A stretch of DNA of 62,723 nt, the filler included, from Folioceros fuciformis (lineage: Eukaryota): NCBI GenBank assembly GCA_049999805.1. It is 3 parts of 2 records of this genome, joined end to end, with 100 filler letters (N's around TTAATTAATTAA, not from the genome) between each part and the next. Parts side by side here need not be neighbours in the genome. Positions count along the whole stretch, not along the records: positions 1 to 31,923 come from JBNGIO010006217.1; 2 more parts are not named here. One strand, 5' to 3'. This document shows positions 10,977 to 22,998 of this stretch, piece after piece (the stretch's first letter is position 1; every line of letters begins with the position of its first letter). The position numbers were made by a program, and so were the translations under genes. Below the pieces are notes generated by a model. It did no database searches and was not told the origin of the DNA. It saw only the letters and a list, made by a program, of their open reading frames with translations.

Positions 10977-13461
10977 ATGATAACGCGGTCGGGGCAGGTG
11001 GATTTCGGGAGCGGTGCCGGCCAGGTGCAGGGAGTTACCGCCAGCCACCATTTGCAACTGCTGCAGGCGCACTCGCTGCTGCAAAAGGAGCCGAGGATGA
11101 GTATGAAGCCCATGCAGAACGGGGAGGAAGTGCTGCGGAAAGGGCCGTGGATGCCCGAGGAGGACGAGATATTGGTGGAGTATGTGCGCCAGTTCGGCGC
11201 ACGTGATTGGAGTTCCATTCGGTCCAAGGGATTGCTGCCCCGCACTGGCAAGTCCTGTCGCCTGCGCTGGGTGAACAAACTGAAGCCCGATCTAAAGAGG
11301 TACTAGTTTTCTTGACCTTCAACCGCGCTGCTCGGGCTGCGCCTTGCATGCATGTGCTGCTTCTGGTTAGCAAGTTTGAACGGGCCGGTTGTGTAGCTCG
11401 TAGTGTAAGCTAGCTGTAATGGTGCTGTACTCACGAGCTTGGCTAACCGTGTGGAGACGGCTGCAGCTGAGGCTGACTTGCAGGATGTCTTAGAGGTGCT
11501 GCATGACATGCTGCTCTTGTCTCACATTGTGCCTGGAGATCAAAGTTTTTAGTCTGATGAATTTACCCTACTCACCTGTGTCTCCTACTTGTGTCCTTAA
11601 AGGATGGGTGGGAAGAAATAAAAATGAAAAACTCACCTGACGTCACAACTTCAAGTCTGAATATAACTATTAAAAAGAGAAGAAAGGAATGAGCTCTACT
11701 TCTGAATTATCCAGCTTAATCTCCTAAAACTACCAATGTATTTGCAGAAGTGGTTGCAAGTTTTCTCCGGAGGAAGAGAAGCTTGTAGTGGAAATGCAAG
11801 CTAAGCTTGGCAACAAATGGGCAAAAATAGCATCATGCCTTCCAGGTCGCACAGATAATGACGTTAAAAATTTCTGGAGCACCCGGCAGAAACGAATTCT
11901 TCGTGCTCTCCAGCGCCCTAAGATGCCATCTGGAAGTACGGATGCATCTGCGGACACATCTGACCTCAGCAAAGACCCATCTATGAGTGACTTTGCAGCC
12001 TTTCAGGTGCCTTGGAATCTTTTAATTTCTACATAATAATTTAACCAACTTGGGGTGGGTTGGGCTGGAATCGGGGGGAGTATAACTTTCTGAATGCAGT
12101 AGTAACCTCTAGGCTGCTGTTGTCAGGTTGCGGTTGGCTTGTGAGGGTCCATGGGGTGTTTTGCTGTCTTGATCGTGTCGACCTTTTGTCATAACATTCT
12201 CAAAGGGTTGAAGTCTAAACCGAGAGCAATAGCGGAAGGGAGGTTGAGGACAATCTGAGCGAGCAACTGAATGAATGAATGAAGCTATTGTCTCAATTCC
12301 TTGGATGCAGACTTACAAAAAAAGAACGTATTAAAATGAATCCAACCAGTGACTATCTCCAGAGAGAAAGAGAGAGAGAGAACAGAGTGAAGCTTTTAAT
12401 AAGGCAACATTACAACATAATATGTGGCATCCAACTTTTTGTTCCTAGTTTTCTGCCCCTTCTCAAATGGCCACATCATGCCTGTTTTGGGTCTCTTCCC
12501 AGGGCGACATCAAGGGAGAAGCCAGATCACTTGGGTGTCAACTAACCTTCTGATGTGAAAACTGGTGACCAGAAGCAAACTTGGTGCGTGCATGCAGGTG
12601 CACAGTCCTTCCGGAACTCATGGTTCGGTAGTGCCATCCAGCTTTGTACCTCCCTTTATTTTTGGCGAAGATGATAGTGCTTTCAGGGATCCACAGGGTC
12701 ACATAGGAGATCTTCGGAGACTGCGGCACAACATGCAGACTTTCAGCTCCCTTGACGTAGATGATGTTTTGAGCATTAAGCTGCAGGATATGGTTACAGG
12801 AGATTCTCACCATTACACTGACTCTGAATTTCCGCATCAAACAGGGAGGGTGCTTGGTTCCCATGATGATGTCAGGCATCACAGCTCAGTGCTGTACCAC
12901 CACACTTCCCCTGTTCAAGTGGTGACAAGCAGGAACTCCAGGTCTGTCAAGCGGCGGCCTCGCTCAAGGAGAGATGCCAGAACTTCGTGCTTTGAGGTGC
13001 ACTCTAGCCATAGTGGAGGCGGTGGGGGCAGCGGAGGCAGTGACTCTATTGGATCCCTGGACTCATCACAGCTGCTTCCAGACGCAATTGGGATCCCCAC
13101 GAGCCTGCTGCCGAATGGCAGCCGGTCAGAGTTTGGTGTCAGCCTGTCTGACCAGCAGCAGCCCAGCAACACCAACTATCTTGATTTTCTGCTTCACTCG
13201 GAGGCCTCCACACTACAGAGTAGCCAGGTTTTCAGCCCTGAGCTGCCAAGCTTTCTTGCCAGCAGTCACCAGTGGGAGAAGCTGCCTATGCTATACTCGG
13301 AGGACTCCAGCATCCACCATCATGACCAGTGCGGGATCAAGGCGGAGTCGGATTCCTGCAGTCCTGATAGTGTGATCTCTGGTTTTGCAGGTGACGTCTT
13401 TGATTCCTTGGAGCCTTTGTGTCCAGCCCCCTCCGAGTGGTGGGTTGCCAGGTTAACTTAA
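10977..13461 (+). CDS. DUO1: R2R3-MYB transcription factor of the DUO1 clade (sperm differentiation); 3 exons, ~10977-11299, 11748 or 11751-12006, 12598-13461
   Basis: KGPWMPEEDEILVEYVRQFGARDWSSIRSKGLLPRTGKSCRLRWVNKLKPDLK..GCKFSPEEE..GNKWAKIASCLPGRTDNDVKNFWSTRQKR carries the DUO1-diagnostic WSSIRSKGLL, GCKFS and NFWS.RQKR motifs; acidic C-terminus. Start codon uncertain (10977 or ~11098). Confidence 0.92.
11208..11228 (+). promoter_or_regulatory. miR159/miR319-family complementary site in the DUO1 coding region
   Basis: TGGAGTTCCATTCGGTCCAAG versus the miR319 complement GGAGCTCCCTTCAGTCCAA: two G:U pairs and one mismatch; lies in the WSSIRSK codons as in angiosperm DUO1. Confidence 0.65.
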
Positions 13462-14025
13462 TTTTCTTGTTATGCATCTGCTCAGGAGTCCTAGAGGGGC
13501 AGAGCTAAACTAAGCATTAATTTGAAACCGCAGGATAGCTTTCGTGCCCTAGAACGTCTAGTCAGTACTGTCATCTCTGAGCTTTCTGCAAATAGTTGGG
13601 ATCATTAATCAGAACACTTGCTGTGCTCCTAATCCCCGTAAGGGGTTGGGACTGTCAGCCGGGGGGATAGACCACACCAATAACCGACCAGCACTTGAAG
13701 TGAAAGTGGCGCATCATTCCCTTGTTGTATACTGTGCACGTCGCAGGTCCCCTTATTAGTCGTGAGCCTAGTCTTGGAGCCAATGTTGAGTAGGAGTTAG
13801 TACGAGTATTCTGTAGTTGTCATAATGGTGATTTGTGTAATTGCCAGGCAAAACAAAATGCGGGGCCCGAGTCAGTTCCCTCGCGTTGCTCTTCGTGTCA
13901 TGTGGTGTCCGGCCGTGAGGGACTCTGTCTGGCATCTCCTTGCCTGGAACACAAATCTGTTCTGAAAATCCCCCTGAATGAAGTGTCATGTTTTGTCTCC
14001 TGATAATACACCTAATGTGCCTGTG

Positions 14026-14119
14026 TCCTCCAATGTAACATTACATTGGAGGATAGCCCCGAAGAGAGCAATTTCAGATTGGCGCGTAATGAAATTGAAA
14101 TTGCTCTCTTCGGGGCTAT
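14026..14119. repeat. Two adjacent perfect inverted repeats (13-bp and 24-bp stems)
   Basis: TCCTCCAATGTAA-ca-TTACATTGGAGGA (14026-14053) and ATAGCCCCGAAGAGAGCAATTTCA-19 nt-TGAAATTGCTCTCTTCGGGGCTAT (14053-14119). Confidence 0.95.
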
Positions 14120-14259
14120 GCGCGGGGGATGTTCGTCTGAGAGATCATCTCCTCACCCCGCCCGGCCAGTAGGACTACATAGCGTCTGGCACCTCTGGAG
14201 GTGAAGGGTTGGGAGTGTGTGGTCGTTGTTTTTCAAATCATGCCTTTATTCCCCCTAAG

Positions 14260-16732
14260 TATCACCTGTGCCGATACGTATCGCTACCCCTTGCCTGTTG
14301 GTGCATCTTGGAATCAATGCTCTGACGGTGTGTAGAAAGGAACTTGGACTGGAAGTTTTTGCACACACGACGCAGATACTATTCTAGTAGGATACCTGTC
14401 CAATGACATGTACTGTTGATTTCCTCGAGCGCATCTTGTTCACCATGCGAGACGGGTCTCGCATGACACCTCCCACTTGCTCTGCAATACTCTACATGCC
14501 AGGAGTGAGGTCAACCTCCATGGTATGCCACCTCATACACGAGTTCAAGACCCACAACGACAAGCATAATACAGATGGAATACACGATCATGAACTGCAA
14601 CTGGCTGCCTGATGACATACAGGCCTTGTGATTATCGTCGTGAAACATACCTTATTGAAGGCACGGAGTTTTAACTTTGAAGCAGCACCACCGGAAGACA
14701 GCTGAGTTTTGCGCTGCCATCTGTCCAATGAACTATCTCGATATGGAACCAGACTGCAAGAGAAGCCCAGGGTGTATACACAATATCAGAGCAGCGTACA
14801 TCATGCTCAACCTCAGTCCCAAAGCAACCATAGCAACGTCAAGTCTGTTTCATCTTATTTTGGAAGATAAGACCAAGACAAGGGGACTGAGATACACACC
14901 CGACATAAAGGGCATTCATCTGCTCCCAAGCCTCATCTACTGAAGAGAGAGACCGAGACGACTCTGCTCCACCCCCTGCTTTTGGCGTTCCATTATCTGA
15001 TAAGAAAATTTCCCAGGCTCAGCAATCGATTATCGCGTGGCTACTTTGCTTCTCCCTAAACCCTAAACCCTAACACAGAAGGACTGAGAAGAGCGATGTA
15101 CCAGGCTGAGTACGAGAAAACGCTTCACTGATAGCAGGATTCTGCTTGAAAATGGCCTGCATTTTAACGAAGACGCAAGAAAAGCCCACATCAAAACTTG
15201 AACAAACTCGCTACAGAACAGTTGCCAGAGAAAAATGACGGACCACTTTTAATGACGCATACCTGCTCCAAATCTAACAGTCTACCAAGTGTGCAGAGCC
15301 CTGTCTGAATCAAAGCCTCGGAAGACTTCTTAATCCTTGGGTCGCTGGTAAACGTTGACATTGCTTCACCCTGTAGAATAAGACAACCAACCAGTCACAC
15401 AACCACAGTGAATTATGCAGGAAGGTTGGGTCCCCACAGTGGGGGCTGTTAAATGGTCCAACGTGCAGTTCATCAAGTCAATTAGAAAAAAAATTCATCC
15501 GCAAGTGCCCCCAACAAACTCACACCCATGCATCTTAGTAAGCCATGACATACCCTTGGAAGTCTATTAGCACCAGAAAAAAACTTTTGTGACAAGATGC
15601 GATGCTCCACACTCCTGTCCCAGAGAACCTGTGAGACAAAACATGCTGCATTTGCGACCAGGTGAAAATCAGTCCCAGCCCTCGAGTCCACACCCAGATG
15701 CAGAACAGAGTCGCTATGCGTTGGCCCCAGGATGAGCGCCGTAGCCACCAGCAATTACCTTCTGGTTTCGCACTCCCAAACCTTTCTGCACGTCGGAAGT
15801 ACCATCTGTTTTCAAGTTGCGCAGTATGAGCCTGCAGCATTTAATCACACAGTTATGCCACCTCAAGAGAGTATACACGACTGCACCCCAACAAAAAAAT
15901 GGGCAGCTTTTCACTGGAGCCCCTTACTCTTCCTGCGCGCGAAGTTCCTCGTATTCCTTGCTGAGAGCTTCCAGTGCATCATCCTTATTGCCCCCAGCTT
16001 GCCAGCCCTATAACACCAGGAAATAGAGTCAACTACACACACAAGGGAACATACAAATCAAGACTTTCCCCTGTACATTCCACTGTTCCTGCACCATACG
16101 AGAGAACACGGAACATGTGATCTTCAAATGCAACAAGATATGTGACACTTTGCATTTACTCACATGTCCATCTGGCTCCTCTTCGGAGACGTCATCGTCC
16201 TCCGGTGCAGCTCTACTGCCATTTGAAACGTCGGAATCAGAATCAGCTTGCTCCTCTTCAGACTGGCTCTCTCCAAGTGCCCTCTTCCTACTGCTCGTCC
16301 TTCCAGCGTACTGAGGCCCATCCAGTGCTATATCAGGGCGCAGCCGCAACCTTCCCTCTGCACCACTGCAATGACCAATTCCACACCATCACATCAACAC
16401 CTGCCATCGTTTTCATTCAAACCCAAAACCTTAAGGTTGGCTACCCATAAACCATCCAGACAACCCACTACTCACAAGGGCAGAAAATCCTCCGCATTTT
16501 CGCACTCCTCGTCATCCTTCTGTCCAAAAAAATGCTCCATATCACCTCCAAGCTCGTCACGCTCAAAATCTCCACCTGCTCCAGAACCCAGAACACCGTC
16601 ACAACCGTTCCTTCACAAGGGCGCAAAACCCACAAACCTGCTGCCGTGATTCCCACCTCGAACTCCGTCTTCATCGCCCTCGGACTCTCCACGAACAGCC
16701 GGGGCCCTCCGCGTTTTCAACACAGCCGGCAT
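14260..16732 (-). CDS. AATF: AATF/Bfr2 (SSU processome) protein, multi-exon; C-terminal TRAUB region not found
   Basis: Exons read LRPDIALDGPQYAGRTSSRK, DVQKGLGVRNQK/VLWDRSVEHRILSQKFFSGANRLPR, YRDSSLDRWQRKTQLSSGGAASKLKLRAFNK, SIAEQVGGVMRDPSRMVNKMR, matching plant AATF. Confidence 0.85.
15054..15073. repeat. Short interstitial plant telomere repeat (telo-box) in an AATF intron
   Basis: CCCTAAACCCTAAACCCTAA; shorter copies near 22155, 33508 and 43878. Confidence 0.7.
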
Positions 16733-18315
16733 GTCTGGTGCTGACAATGCCCGCTCAATTATCCGACGACACAAACACGAGGTGCCATGCCACCAGCTCT
16801 CACCCGCCCACGACAAGCCCAGCCCAGCTGAGGCCTTTCCCAGGTAGGACACGGCGTGATCAGAACACGGCTGATAGAATCCAAAGACGCGTTCACACAA
16901 CCAATCTACGCAAGTGTGTGTTCGTCATCGCATACGGACGGAGAACACGCTGCATTGATGGAGGGAAATGGCTTCCCGAGTGGCCCATGGTAAACATCTC
17001 GGTCTTTGTTTGGCATATATAGACAGACTTCCAGAATGGGAGTGTCAGGACGAGATCCAGCGCGTGAGTCGCCTTTAACCTGAAATGGTAATAGCTCAAA
17101 CCGGTACAAGCCTTGGTTAGTAACTGCCGCTTTTCATGGGGTTGAAACAAAACCAAAACTACGAAGTGGGTGAAACAAAACCAAAACTACTAAAAACAGG
17201 GCGGGCAGTCCCCTTTTGGAGGGATGAAAATTCACCAATTGGTTTTGGGCCTTACGGCTATGGGCAGTGCCTTTCACCGGTACATCCTTTCTGAGATGCT
17301 CGCAGAGGCAAAGAACTAGTTCCCAAGTGCACCACGGGAGCAGCGTTTCGTCCCGGTGAGTGCCCGTAATTAAAATCCGGCACTTTTTGGCCATGTACAT
17401 GGTGTTATGGAACATGGAAAGTGCCTAAAACTTATTTGGGTACACATGGAAAGCGACCCTAAGCGTAGGACGGAGACGAGAGGCCCCACTTCTAGCCTCT
17501 CCCCGCGTATCTCTCTTCCCCCTTGCCTTCGCTTGCCCTCCATTTTTCGTGCCTGCAGGTCCGTGGGTGGGCAATTCATCGTGACACCAGGCCCTTCAAG
17601 GATGGCCCCGTGACCAAGACCCGAGATCGGGACGGTGTGTGGAGAATTACCATGACTTTCTCAGGACGAGAGTGGCAAGCGGGAAGTCAAGCCAGTCCTC
17701 GGATTTTGAGACTGAGGGAGAGCTCGCTGGGTGTAGGTGGTGTGTGGGGTAACTATCCTGAAGCGAGTATGTGATGAGGACGTCCATGCAGAGGAGCTTT
17801 CAGGACCACGTGGAATGGATGGGTGACATGAAGAGGAAATGGCTTGATGGGTACAAGGCATCAGGGTAAGTGCTAGCACTGCTTGATGCTGGTGGGTTGG
17901 AGAAGCGAGTATTGGGCGTATGCAGCTTTGAAAATATAGGCAGTCAATGCGCTGGTCAGTGGTCCCTGCCATAGCCGTGAAGCAGATCCCGTGGGGCTGT
18001 AATCGAAACAGCTGTTCTGTTTATTGCAATCTGACGCCCGATGACCCAGCAGAGAAGGTCCCAGAGTAGTCGCGGATTTAGGGTTGAACAACATGGAATT
18101 TGGTTTTGAAGATGGTATTCAGTAGACTCGAATTTTGACAGCGTCAATTCACTGCATTTGCCTCTATCGATCTGGTTTTGAACGTCGGACAGCTGGCACG
18201 CAGCTGGCAAACGGCGTACTTGGGGATGGCAAAGGAGGGTAGATGGACTACACATTATTTGGCATAGGCACGTTGACTTGGTCGTTTAGTCAGGTCGGCA
18301 GGGACCGAGCCTGCC

Positions 18316-20369
18316 ATGACTGTGCAAGATAATCATCGAGGGCTTGCCCTAGCTCTCTCCTCCAGCATCTTCATCGGGGCAAGCTTCATCATCAAGAAGA
18401 AGGGACTGAAGCGAGCAGCCAGTACTGGCGTCAGGGCAGGTAGGTTTCATGATCACATAGTACTCAGAAATCTGGCAGTTCTGAGACGCTCTAGCGAGCT
18501 GCAATGTTGTATCTGGTGCCGTAGCCAATGCTTGAAGAAGGCTCTTGGTTTTCGTGCTGCAGGTGCTGGTGGGTATGCGTATCTATCTGAACCCTTATGG
18601 TGGGCAGGCATGGTGACCAGTAAGTTTTGGAAGCTGCCCTCATCTCTCGTCCATGAACAGTGAAAGCTCAGCGTTTGGAGGCGTTCGCACTGGTCTCTGA
18701 ACTTTTTTGTCCTGTTTTGTCAGTGATTGTCGGAGAGGTTGCCAACTTTGCTGCGTACGCGTTTGCTCCAGCTATTCTTGTGACGCCACTTGGTGCCCTC
18801 AGTATTATTGTCAGGTGTGGTCACATTTTCCATGTTCTCTGTGTGTCCACAGTTGCGTTTCTGTAATCGCAAAATGCAGTGAGAGTCTTAGTTGATGTTA
18901 GATGTTGCATGACTAACTGGTGGGCATGAATTGGTGTTTTCAGTGCATGCTTGGCACATGTGGTGCTGAAGGAGAAACTACATTGGCTAGGAATTCTGGG
19001 ATGTGTCCTTTGTGTTGTTGGCTCCACCACCATTGTGCTTCATGCACCTGCGGAGCGTTCAGTCGAGTCTGTGGAGGTTGTCTGGCGTCTTGCAACAGAA
19101 CCTGGTATACCCTTGTCCTGGCTTTTTGGCTGCAGTTTGTATGCTATACCTGCACAGTTGCTGGTGTCGTTCTAGAACTGGAGAGTTATCTCTCGAAGCA
19201 GCGGTTTTCAGGAATTCTGTCTGCTCAGACTGTCATGAGTTATGCCTCAGAGGCTTTACTGACAAGTCCTCGTCCTTTTCCAGCTTTTCTGTTTTACACA
19301 GTTTGTGTAGTGTCAGTGGTGTTGCTGCTCATTTTTCATTTTGTGCCGCGATATGGGCACACACATATCATGGTATACATTGGCATCTGCTCTCTGATGG
19401 GCTCTCTCTCGGTAATTGCTTTACACGCCGTGACTTGCTCCCGACGTGGAATTTCCTTAAAAGTAAGTTTGTTAATTATTAAATGACATGCTCACGGGCA
19501 CATATTCCAGGTCATGAGTGTCAAAGCCCTGGGCATTGCTTTGAAGCTAACGTTTCAAGGGGACAACCAGCTTGTTTATCCTCAAACGTCCGTATTTGCA
19601 ATGGTGGTAATCACCTGCGTATTGACTCAGATGAACTACCTGAATAAGGTGGGGATACAAATCATTGTGAAGTTCTTTTTCCTGTAAGCGATGTTCGTGC
19701 AGGGACAAGATATGTGATCTGACTTGCATATGTTGCCTCTTGTTTGGTGGTCAGGCTCTAGATACATTCAACACGGCTGTCGTGTCACCAATCTACTATG
19801 TGATGTTCACAGCACTTACTATTCTTGCAAGTGTGATTATGTTCAAGGTCAGTGTCTTACCAATGAGCATACGGGTCATTATCAGTTGGACGGTAGTGGC
19901 AGCATAATTTTGCTGATGCAGATGCTTTTGCGCTGTGTTTGTAGGATTGGGCTGGCCAGAGTACCCCACAGATCATCAGTGAGCTTTGTGGGTTTGTAAC
20001 CATCCTTTGTGGAACATTTTTACTGCATGCGACAAAGGATCTTGGCAACGATTCCGCTGGGATGGGTTCGTTCCACTAACATTCCTTATGCAGTTCTGTC
20101 GGTTCATCCTGTTAAGTTGGAGGTAGGTTCCAAGTGAGTAAGATAGCATTGAAGTTAGTGCTGCAGTGCTGCTGGAGGAACGTGCTGCGTTTGCCAAGTT
20201 TGACACAGTGCATTCTCATATTCACGCAGGTGGTCTCTACAGTGGCATCCAACCTCCTATGGGCTCTGGTCGGCTGTCCCTGGGTGTCATGATTAAGCGT
20301 CCTAGTGAGGATGAGCTAGACGGAGATGAAATTCCGTTGCGACGTCAAGAGTCTTTCAGGACACCTTAG
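18316..20369 (+). CDS. NIPA-family magnesium transporter, multi-exon
   Basis: [99 protein letters not shown]; ends [13 protein letters not shown]. Confidence 0.95.
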
Positions 20370-21428
20370 TTCCCTTAATCTCGGTTTACGTCCCCTTTTC
20401 ATTTAGCTAGCTTGGTTGAGACGACCTTGTAGAGCCCTCCAGCTGGGTGAGTGTTGTAGAAAGCGCAGCGCGGCAGAGCATAGACTTTTGTTGAGTTCTT
20501 GGGGCATGTGTTATCAGTTGGGTGCTTCTATTTATCCATCCCTCATAATCCATGGTCTCTTCTGAGGTCTCTGTAGAATCATCTGAATGTAGGAGATGTA
20601 TCATGTCAAGCAGCTGTGAGCAGGTTTTGTCACCTGCGCGTCCCTTGGACTAGAAGCAGACCAATACAGGGCATCTATACCTGTCCCACTCCTAGATCCA
20701 CCATTTGCTCTCTCCTGGACGAAAGAGGTAATATGTACGTAACCTGTGGGGCTGGATTGCATTTGCGTGGAGCTTGTTATGATTTTGAGAAGAATTGTGA
20801 CTCCCACGGTCACACAGTATGTGACCTCCAATGCCTTGTCATTTCAAACATCTGTGTGCTACAGGTGCATTAGACTATGCTGATGATACGCACAGACGTC
20901 CAATTTCGGCAGTGCAGTGCGAGACAGTCGATTTTTTGCAGGATCTCTTGGGCAAGTCTCTGTTCCAGCTGGTGAGACCTCACCGCCGCCAGCAATACAT
21001 ATATGTTATGGTCACCATTGATTGAAATTCAGTCTGTGGAGACTCCACACCCTGGCTGGACCAGATTCTGTTTTAATGCTCTCGTCGACACTTGTGCTCT
21101 CAGCTTTCTCTAGGAAGTTGCATTATTTTGCCTTTTACCTCCCATGTTTGCTAAAAGGCTCTGTACAACGTGCTTGTGAAAGCACATGTCTTTCCACACG
21201 CTTATGTTCCGTGTTACTGCTGTTGGCTGAAGCAGCTGACTGGTGTGGAAGCTGCGTTGAACTTGCGGAGACGAAGGAGTTTTTGTTCACTATGTTGAAA
21301 GAACCCTCTAATTTGGTATTGATTCGAAATTGCACCAACGTGCAGATCCCTGCATTTAGTGTGTGGTTGGGACTGAAACACAGAAATCATAATTTTTAAT
21401 TGTATGATTCACCCAAATGTGCAACGTC

Positions 21429-21509
21429 GTCAGGATGGCCGAGTTGGCCTAAAGCGCCAGTTTCAGATACCAGCCCGAAAGGGCGTGAGTTCAAATTCCA
21501 TTCCTGACA
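21429..21509 (+). tRNA. tRNA-Leu(CAG), degenerate and probably a pseudogene
   Basis: GTCAGGATGGCCGAGTTGG...TTCAGAT...GTTCAAAT...TCCTGACA; acceptor stem and long variable arm intact, but the anticodon stem (CCAGT/ACCAG) and T stem contain mismatches. Confidence 0.8.
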
Positions 21510-21687
21510 ACCGGAATTGGCTTCAGTGGGAATTTGTTCGTTCCCACTCTTTTGCAGCAACTTTCCCATAAATGGCTTTCCCATAAAGAGCTAGCTTTGA
21601 CGCTTCTACAAAGGTTGCAGAGAGATCTACATCATGATGGTCACCATAAACACAAGCTTGCACATCACATCGACACAAGAATGATCA

Positions 21688-21870
21688 AATACACATATCA
21701 GTTAACAAACAACAACAAATGCACATATCAGTTAACAANNNNNNNNNNTAACAAACAACAACAAATGCACATATCAGTTAACAAACAACAACAAACTCTC
21801 ACTTCAATACAAACAACAATAAACTCTCACCCCTCAATACAAACAACAACAAGCTCTCATCTCCCAATAG
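21688..21870. repeat. CA-rich tandem repeat, unit ~30 bp
   Basis: ACAAACAACAACAAATGCACATATCAGTTA-type units followed by related ACAAACAACAA..CTCTCA units; one 10-N gap. Confidence 0.75.
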
Positions 21871-22628
21871 GAACTTAGATGACTCATGAAATCATGTGAG
21901 GAGTGACACTGACAACTACATTTTACTTTAATGGAATAACCAATTTTGAACTAAGAAATATAAAAAGTCATGAACAATAGAAGGACAAAGTTCATGAGAC
22001 AATTCACATCTCTCGTGCAAGATGCTCCAAAGTTGAAGTGACAGATCTAGAGAAACCACTAAGGACATTCAAACCTTGTGTGTTTCGGCCTAACAGCAGT
22101 ACGTGGTGATGGGAGGTCCCTATGTAGACCAGGGCATCTTAGTATGTGAGCCCCAAACCCTAAACCCTAAGATTTCTCTATGAACTTGCATTATTTTAAT
22201 GTTTACCTCCAACGTTTGTTAAATGGTTTTGTAATTCTTACTTGTAAAACCTTATATCTTTCCACATGCTTATGTATGTTCCGTGTTATTATTGCTATGT
22301 GCTGAATCAACTGACTGGTGTGAAAGCTTGCGTTGAACTTGAAGTTGTGGAGCCGAAGAGATTTGTGTTCGCTGTGTTGAAAGAAACCTTCTAATTTGGT
22401 ATTCATTCGAAATGTATATGCACCTGTCCTAGAAGGAGAAAAAGAATCGGCACCGTAAGGCCGTGGGACGCGACCGAGTTTGTTGGTCCTTGGAGCATTC
22501 GTTTTCTCGGAGGGCTCATAAAGCGGGAATTGTGTGCGCGGTTGCAAGCCCTAACATCGCGTTGCAGTCCGATTCCTTGTGGAGAGTCTGTTGTTTGGCG
22601 CTGCCGCAAGCAGACACCTTTGTGCAAG

Positions 22629-22998
22629 ATGATTTACGACGTGAACTCGGCGTTGTTCCGTTCTTTCTTGAGTCAGAAGGGCGGTGCCGCTGACAAGAGG
22701 TAGCTGCTTTCTTTCTGATTTTTGTCTCCGGGAGCATGTTGCCGAAGTTTCTCTGGTTTTGCTTCGATCCAGTTCGGGATGTTGTGTGATTCTTCATTCG
22801 TTTGGTTTTTTGAGCACGCTGTTGTTGTATTCTGTTGGCAGCTTGTGCAGTAAGGACACGGCCTTTTTGCAGCGTGCACCTCTTTTCTAATGCGTATGCC
22901 TTGTGCCTGCTGTTGTTGTGGTCAGGAAAGCGGAGGATCAGAAGCCCAAGGATCAGAAGCCTAAGGCAAGTGAGAACAAGCCTGTCATGAATGAATGA
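22629..22998 (+). CDS. Wound-induced basic protein family microprotein (47 aa); exons 22629-22699 and 22926-22998
   Basis: MIYDVNSALFRSFLSQKGGAADKR|KAEDQKPKDQKPKASENKPVMNE*, closely matching this conserved plant family; GT-AG intron. Confidence 0.92.

Larger units (their letters stand above)
21134..22413 (+). repeat. Diverged direct repeat of ~200 bp; copies at ~21134-21330 and ~22202-22413
   Basis: Shared blocks TCTTTCCACA, TATGTTCCGTGTTA, CTGACTGGTGTG, GCGTTGAACTTG, TGTTGAAAGAA, CTAATTTGGTATT.ATTCGAAAT in the same order. Confidence 0.85.

Noticed and set aside
11310-12140. AACCG-type MYB sites in DUO1 introns suggesting autoregulation
   Set aside because: A 5-bp motif is expected by chance at this density.
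14380-14400. Possible U12-type donor (GTATCCT) in AATF
   Set aside because: Deviates from GTATCCTT and I found no convincing U12 branch point.
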